From: Sedimentibacter sp.
GTDB lineage: Bacteria; Bacillota; Clostridia; Tissierellales; Sedimentibacteraceae
DNA: 64,000 nucleotides
Assembly (NCBI GenBank): GCA_050173715.1
Contig: JBFXKO010000020.1
Location: 855-64,854 of the forward strand
Reading direction: 5' to 3'
The notes beneath the pieces are model-generated. The model saw only the letters and a program-made list of their open reading frames with translations. It had not been told where the DNA came from and ran no database searches. The translations under genes and the position numbers were made by a program. Of this stretch, positions 61,185 to 64,000 are shown piece by piece (positions within the stretch are counted from its first letter, which is position 1; each line of letters begins with the position of its first letter).

Positions 61185-62603
61185 GTGGAAGGTAAAAAAT
61201 TAGTACTGAATCCTATAGCAATAATGTTTACTAGTCTTGGATTTATTATTGGTTCAATCCTGCTGTCAATACCGTTGTACATTGGATTTCTTATGGGCAT
61301 AGTTTTCACCTCTGCTGTAATGGTCAAAAGCGGATATAGACTATCAGAGTTATTGAAGGTTATAATAAATTCAGTGACTGAAATAAAAAACTTAATAGTT
61401 GTAATTTTATTTATAGGTGCCACAACTTCTATATGGCTGTCATCTGGAGTTGTTCCAACAATAATGTACTATGGATTTACATACATGGAGGGTGTTAATT
61501 TCTTGTTTGCTGCTTTCTTGATAATGTCTGCAGTATCCTTGTTTATGGGAACTGCCGTGGGAACAATGAGCACTGTTGGTATTTCATTGAGCGGTGTAGG
61601 AATGGGACTTGGCATTCCTCAAGGCTTGGTCGTCGGTATGCTGGTTTCAGGGGCGTTCATTGCCGATAAAATTTCACCATTATCTGGTTTGATCAATTTG
61701 TTAATGGCTACAACAAATAAAAGCTACAAGGAAATTTTCAAGTGCATGATAGTGACATTGGTGCCAACAATTATAATAACATCAATTATTTATTATATTA
61801 TCGGAATGAAGTACACATCAGGAGATTACGCAAGTCTTCTCTTGTACAAGGAGGCAATTGCCGCAGGTTTTAATACTTCGCCATTTTTGCTGATATTGCC
61901 TGTGATTATTTTAGGGTTGTCAATTGCTGGATTAAATGCAATAAAAACTTTTTCAATAGGAATAGGTGTCGGGTCTGTTCTAAGCATAGTTTTTCAAGAA
62001 GCCACAATTGAAGGCATAATAAAATCTATATTATTTGGTTATCATGGAAACACACCTTCAGCGGAATTGAACAAGCTTTTGATCAGCGGCGGAATGGTAT
62101 CCATGATTGAAGCCATCATTATTGTTATCAGCGCTTATTCACTGGTTCAACTGTTTGAAAAAGGAAATATATTGATGCCCTTGATGGAAAAGCTTGTTAA
62201 GGGAATTAATACAAAGATGTCATTAGTAGCACGCACAGGGTTCATTAGCACGCTGCTTACAGTTGCAACCTGTGATCAAACAGCTGGAATAATACTTCCT
62301 ATCAAGGTTCTTAAAAGTAAGTACAAGGAATTAGATTTGGATATCAATGTTATATCGAGAACTATTTCTGATACAGGAATAATTGTGGCACCACTCATGC
62401 CTTGGAACATAAATTCATTTTTAATTAAACCCATAATGGGTATAACGGCAGCACAATATGCACCCTATGCAGTGCTTTGTTATATTTGCCCATTTATAAG
62501 CATGTTAATTTCTTATATTTTATATAAAAAACCCGTTTCTTATTATCCTGATCGATCTTCTAATATTGAAAACAGAGATTCTTCGGGCAAGCCCTCAGAA
62601 TGA
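61185..62603 (+). CDS. Second NhaC-family antiporter/transporter
   Basis: GTAVGT, GAFIADKISPLS, ISDTG, PWNIN motifs (divergent paralog of 33865-35358). Confidence 0.85.
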   Translation: MEGKKLVLNPIAIMFTSLGFIIGSILLSIPLYIGFLMGIVFTSAVMVKSGYRLSELLKVIINSVTEIKNLIVVILFIGATTSIWLSSGVVPTIMYYGFTYMEGVNFLFAAFLIMSAVSLFMGTAVGTMSTVGISLSGVGMGLGIPQGLVVGMLVSGAFIADKISPLSGLINLLMATTNKSYKEIFKCMIVTLVPTIIITSIIYYIIGMKYTSGDYASLLLYKEAIAAGFNTSPFLLILPVIILGLSIAGLNAIKTFSIGIGVGSVLSIVFQEATIEGIIKSILFGYHGNTPSAELNKLLISGGMVSMIEAIIIVISAYSLVQLFEKGNILMPLMEKLVKGINTKMSLVARTGFISTLLTVATCDQTAGIILPIKVLKSKYKELDLDINVISRTISDTGIIVAPLMPWNINSFLIKPIMGITAAQYAPYAVLCYICPFISMLISYILYKKPVSYYPDRSSNIENRDSSGKPSE

Positions 62604-63024
62604 CAATAAAAAAATAGATTATGTAATCCAATTTAGCCACAGATTTCTGTGGCTGTTTTAGTTAATATTATTTTTTATAAGAATACAATTGCTTTTGCTT
62701 TATATCCCATAAAAATACAAAATAAAATAAATGCTGACAAATAAGAAGTATAACATTTAAACATTTTGAATACTTATTAGCTGTATTTATTGTGTTATAT
62801 ATGAGATTTATGCCTTAGTTTTACTATTTTAAGTTTTTTGTATATGTTCTTAAAATAATTAAGAAATAAATGCAAATAGCTTAAAAATAACGAAATAAAT
62901 ATTCAATATTGAAAGTATTATAAGGACGGGGTATAATAACTTAGATGAATAAATATTATAACACATATTTTAAATTTGACGATATAATATAACATATATA
63001 ATAATAAGTATAGGAGTGTACCTA

Positions 63025-64000
63025 ATGCTAAGTTTAACATCAAACGCAAATGTATTAAAATGGATAGAGGAAGTAGTTTCATTAACAAATCCGGAAAAAG
63101 TTATGTGGATAGATGGCAGTGAAGAACAATTAAATCAGCTTCGCGAAGAAGCATGCAGATCAGGTGAATTAAAACCTCTTAATCAAGAAAAATTACCAGG
63201 CTGCTACTATCACCGTTCACAAAAAGATGACGTTGCTCGCATGGAGGACAAAACATACATTTGCTCAAGAAACAAAATTGATGCAGGCTCTACAAACAAT
63301 TGGAAAAGCCCAGAAGATGCATACAAGCTGGGAAGAGAAATATTTGAAAATTCTATGAACGGAAGAACAATGTATATAATTCCTTACTCAATGGGACCTG
63401 TGGGCTCGCCTTTTTCTAAGATTGGCTTTGAAGTGACAGATTCCATTTATGTTGTATTGAACATGAATATTATGACTCGAATAGGGCAAAAGGTATTGGA
63501 TGCACTTGGAGATTCTAATGATTTTGTAAGAGGCTTACATGGAAAATGCACATTGGACATCAATCAGCGATATATATTCCACTTTCCTGAAGACAACACC
63601 ATTTGGTCATGTAATTCAGCATATGGCGGAAATGTATTGTTAGGAAAGAAATGTTTTGCACTGCGCATAGCTTCTTACCAAGGCTGGAAGGAAGGCTGGA
63701 TGGCAGAACACATGCTTATTTTAGGAATAGAAAATCCTAAAGGTGAAGTGAAATATGTTGCAGCTGCATTCCCATCTGCATGCGGAAAAACAAATTTGGC
63801 GATGCTTATACCACCAGAAATATATAAGAAAAAAGGTTACAAGGTTTGGACTGTTGGCGATGATATTGCATGGCTGAGAATTAAAGAAGACGGAAGACTA
63901 TGGGCAATCAATCCCGAAGCAGGATTCTTTGGAGTTGCACCAGGAACGAGTGAAAAATCAAATTATAATGCTCTTATGGCTACAAGAAAAAATGCTATTT
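63025..64000 (+). CDS. pckG: Phosphoenolpyruvate carboxykinase (GTP), partial; not in ORF track
   Basis: Manual translation open to the window end: DDVARMEDKT, YGGNVLLGKKCFALRIAS, AEHMLI, FPSACGKTNLAM, VGDDIAW, NPEAGFFGVAPG. Confidence 0.95.
   Translation, partial: MLSLTSNANVLKWIEEVVSLTNPEKVMWIDGSEEQLNQLREEACRSGELKPLNQEKLPGCYYHRSQKDDVARMEDKTYICSRNKIDAGSTNNWKSPEDAYKLGREIFENSMNGRTMYIIPYSMGPVGSPFSKIGFEVTDSIYVVLNMNIMTRIGQKVLDALGDSNDFVRGLHGKCTLDINQRYIFHFPEDNTIWSCNSAYGGNVLLGKKCFALRIASYQGWKEGWMAEHMLILGIENPKGEVKYVAAAFPSACGKTNLAMLIPPEIYKKKGYKVWTVGDDIAWLRIKEDGRLWAINPEAGFFGVAPGTSEKSNYNALMATRKNAI

Noticed and set aside
3404-61423. The many short ORF-track entries overlapping long genes on the opposite strand or in another frame (e.g. 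5892-6299, 29113-29520, 13055-13357)
   Set aside because: Shadow ORFs of well-supported genes, with no RBS, no motifs and antisense-typical composition
62604-63024. 420-bp AT-rich gap before pckG as a possible sRNA or small ORF
   Set aside because: Only a terminator-like hairpin (AGCCACAGA/TCTGTGGCT) and promoter-like DNA are visible; no supported ORF or conserved structure

Overview
AT-rich chromosomal window from an anaerobic, spore-forming Firmicute (Clostridia/Tissierellia-like; inferred from gene content only). No CRISPR array, rRNA, transposase or prophage was seen. About 0.65-15 kb is a partly eroded copper/thiol-redox island: HMA protein, broken CoA-activase gene, His-motif exported protein, ccdA, csoR, LDCC-motif peptide, copA, copZ, a glutaredoxin-like protein, a His/Cys/Met-rich membrane protein, a large class B PBP, an HMA-DsbD_2-cupredoxin protein and DUF2318. 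Two things in the island are absent from the ORF track. First, an 89-aa glutaredoxin-like ORF (8900-9169) has an in-frame TGA at the catalytic position (UxxC), so it is a probable selenoprotein. Second, five promoters share an 11-bp-period tandem repeat (about TCTTCAYAA), each exactly 28 bp before a -10 hexamer, which implies an unidentified OmpR-family activator regulon overlaid on CsoR repression. The rest is largely housekeeping: ctsR-mcsA-mcsB-clpC, T-box(Asn)-aspS-gatCAB, spore genes, glnA, two nhaC paralogs, a TPR-GAF-GGDEF cyclase, pstSCAB-phoU-phoPR with Pho boxes, aor-moaD, an amidohydrolase, a DUF5685/J-domain/membrane trio, purA, asd, rmuC, tRNA-Leu(CAA), MATE, recQ, rsmI, DUF554 and a partial GTP-dependent PEP carboxykinase. 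Two heptamer-repeat elements lie between convergent genes. All calls come from manual motif recognition; no database search was run.
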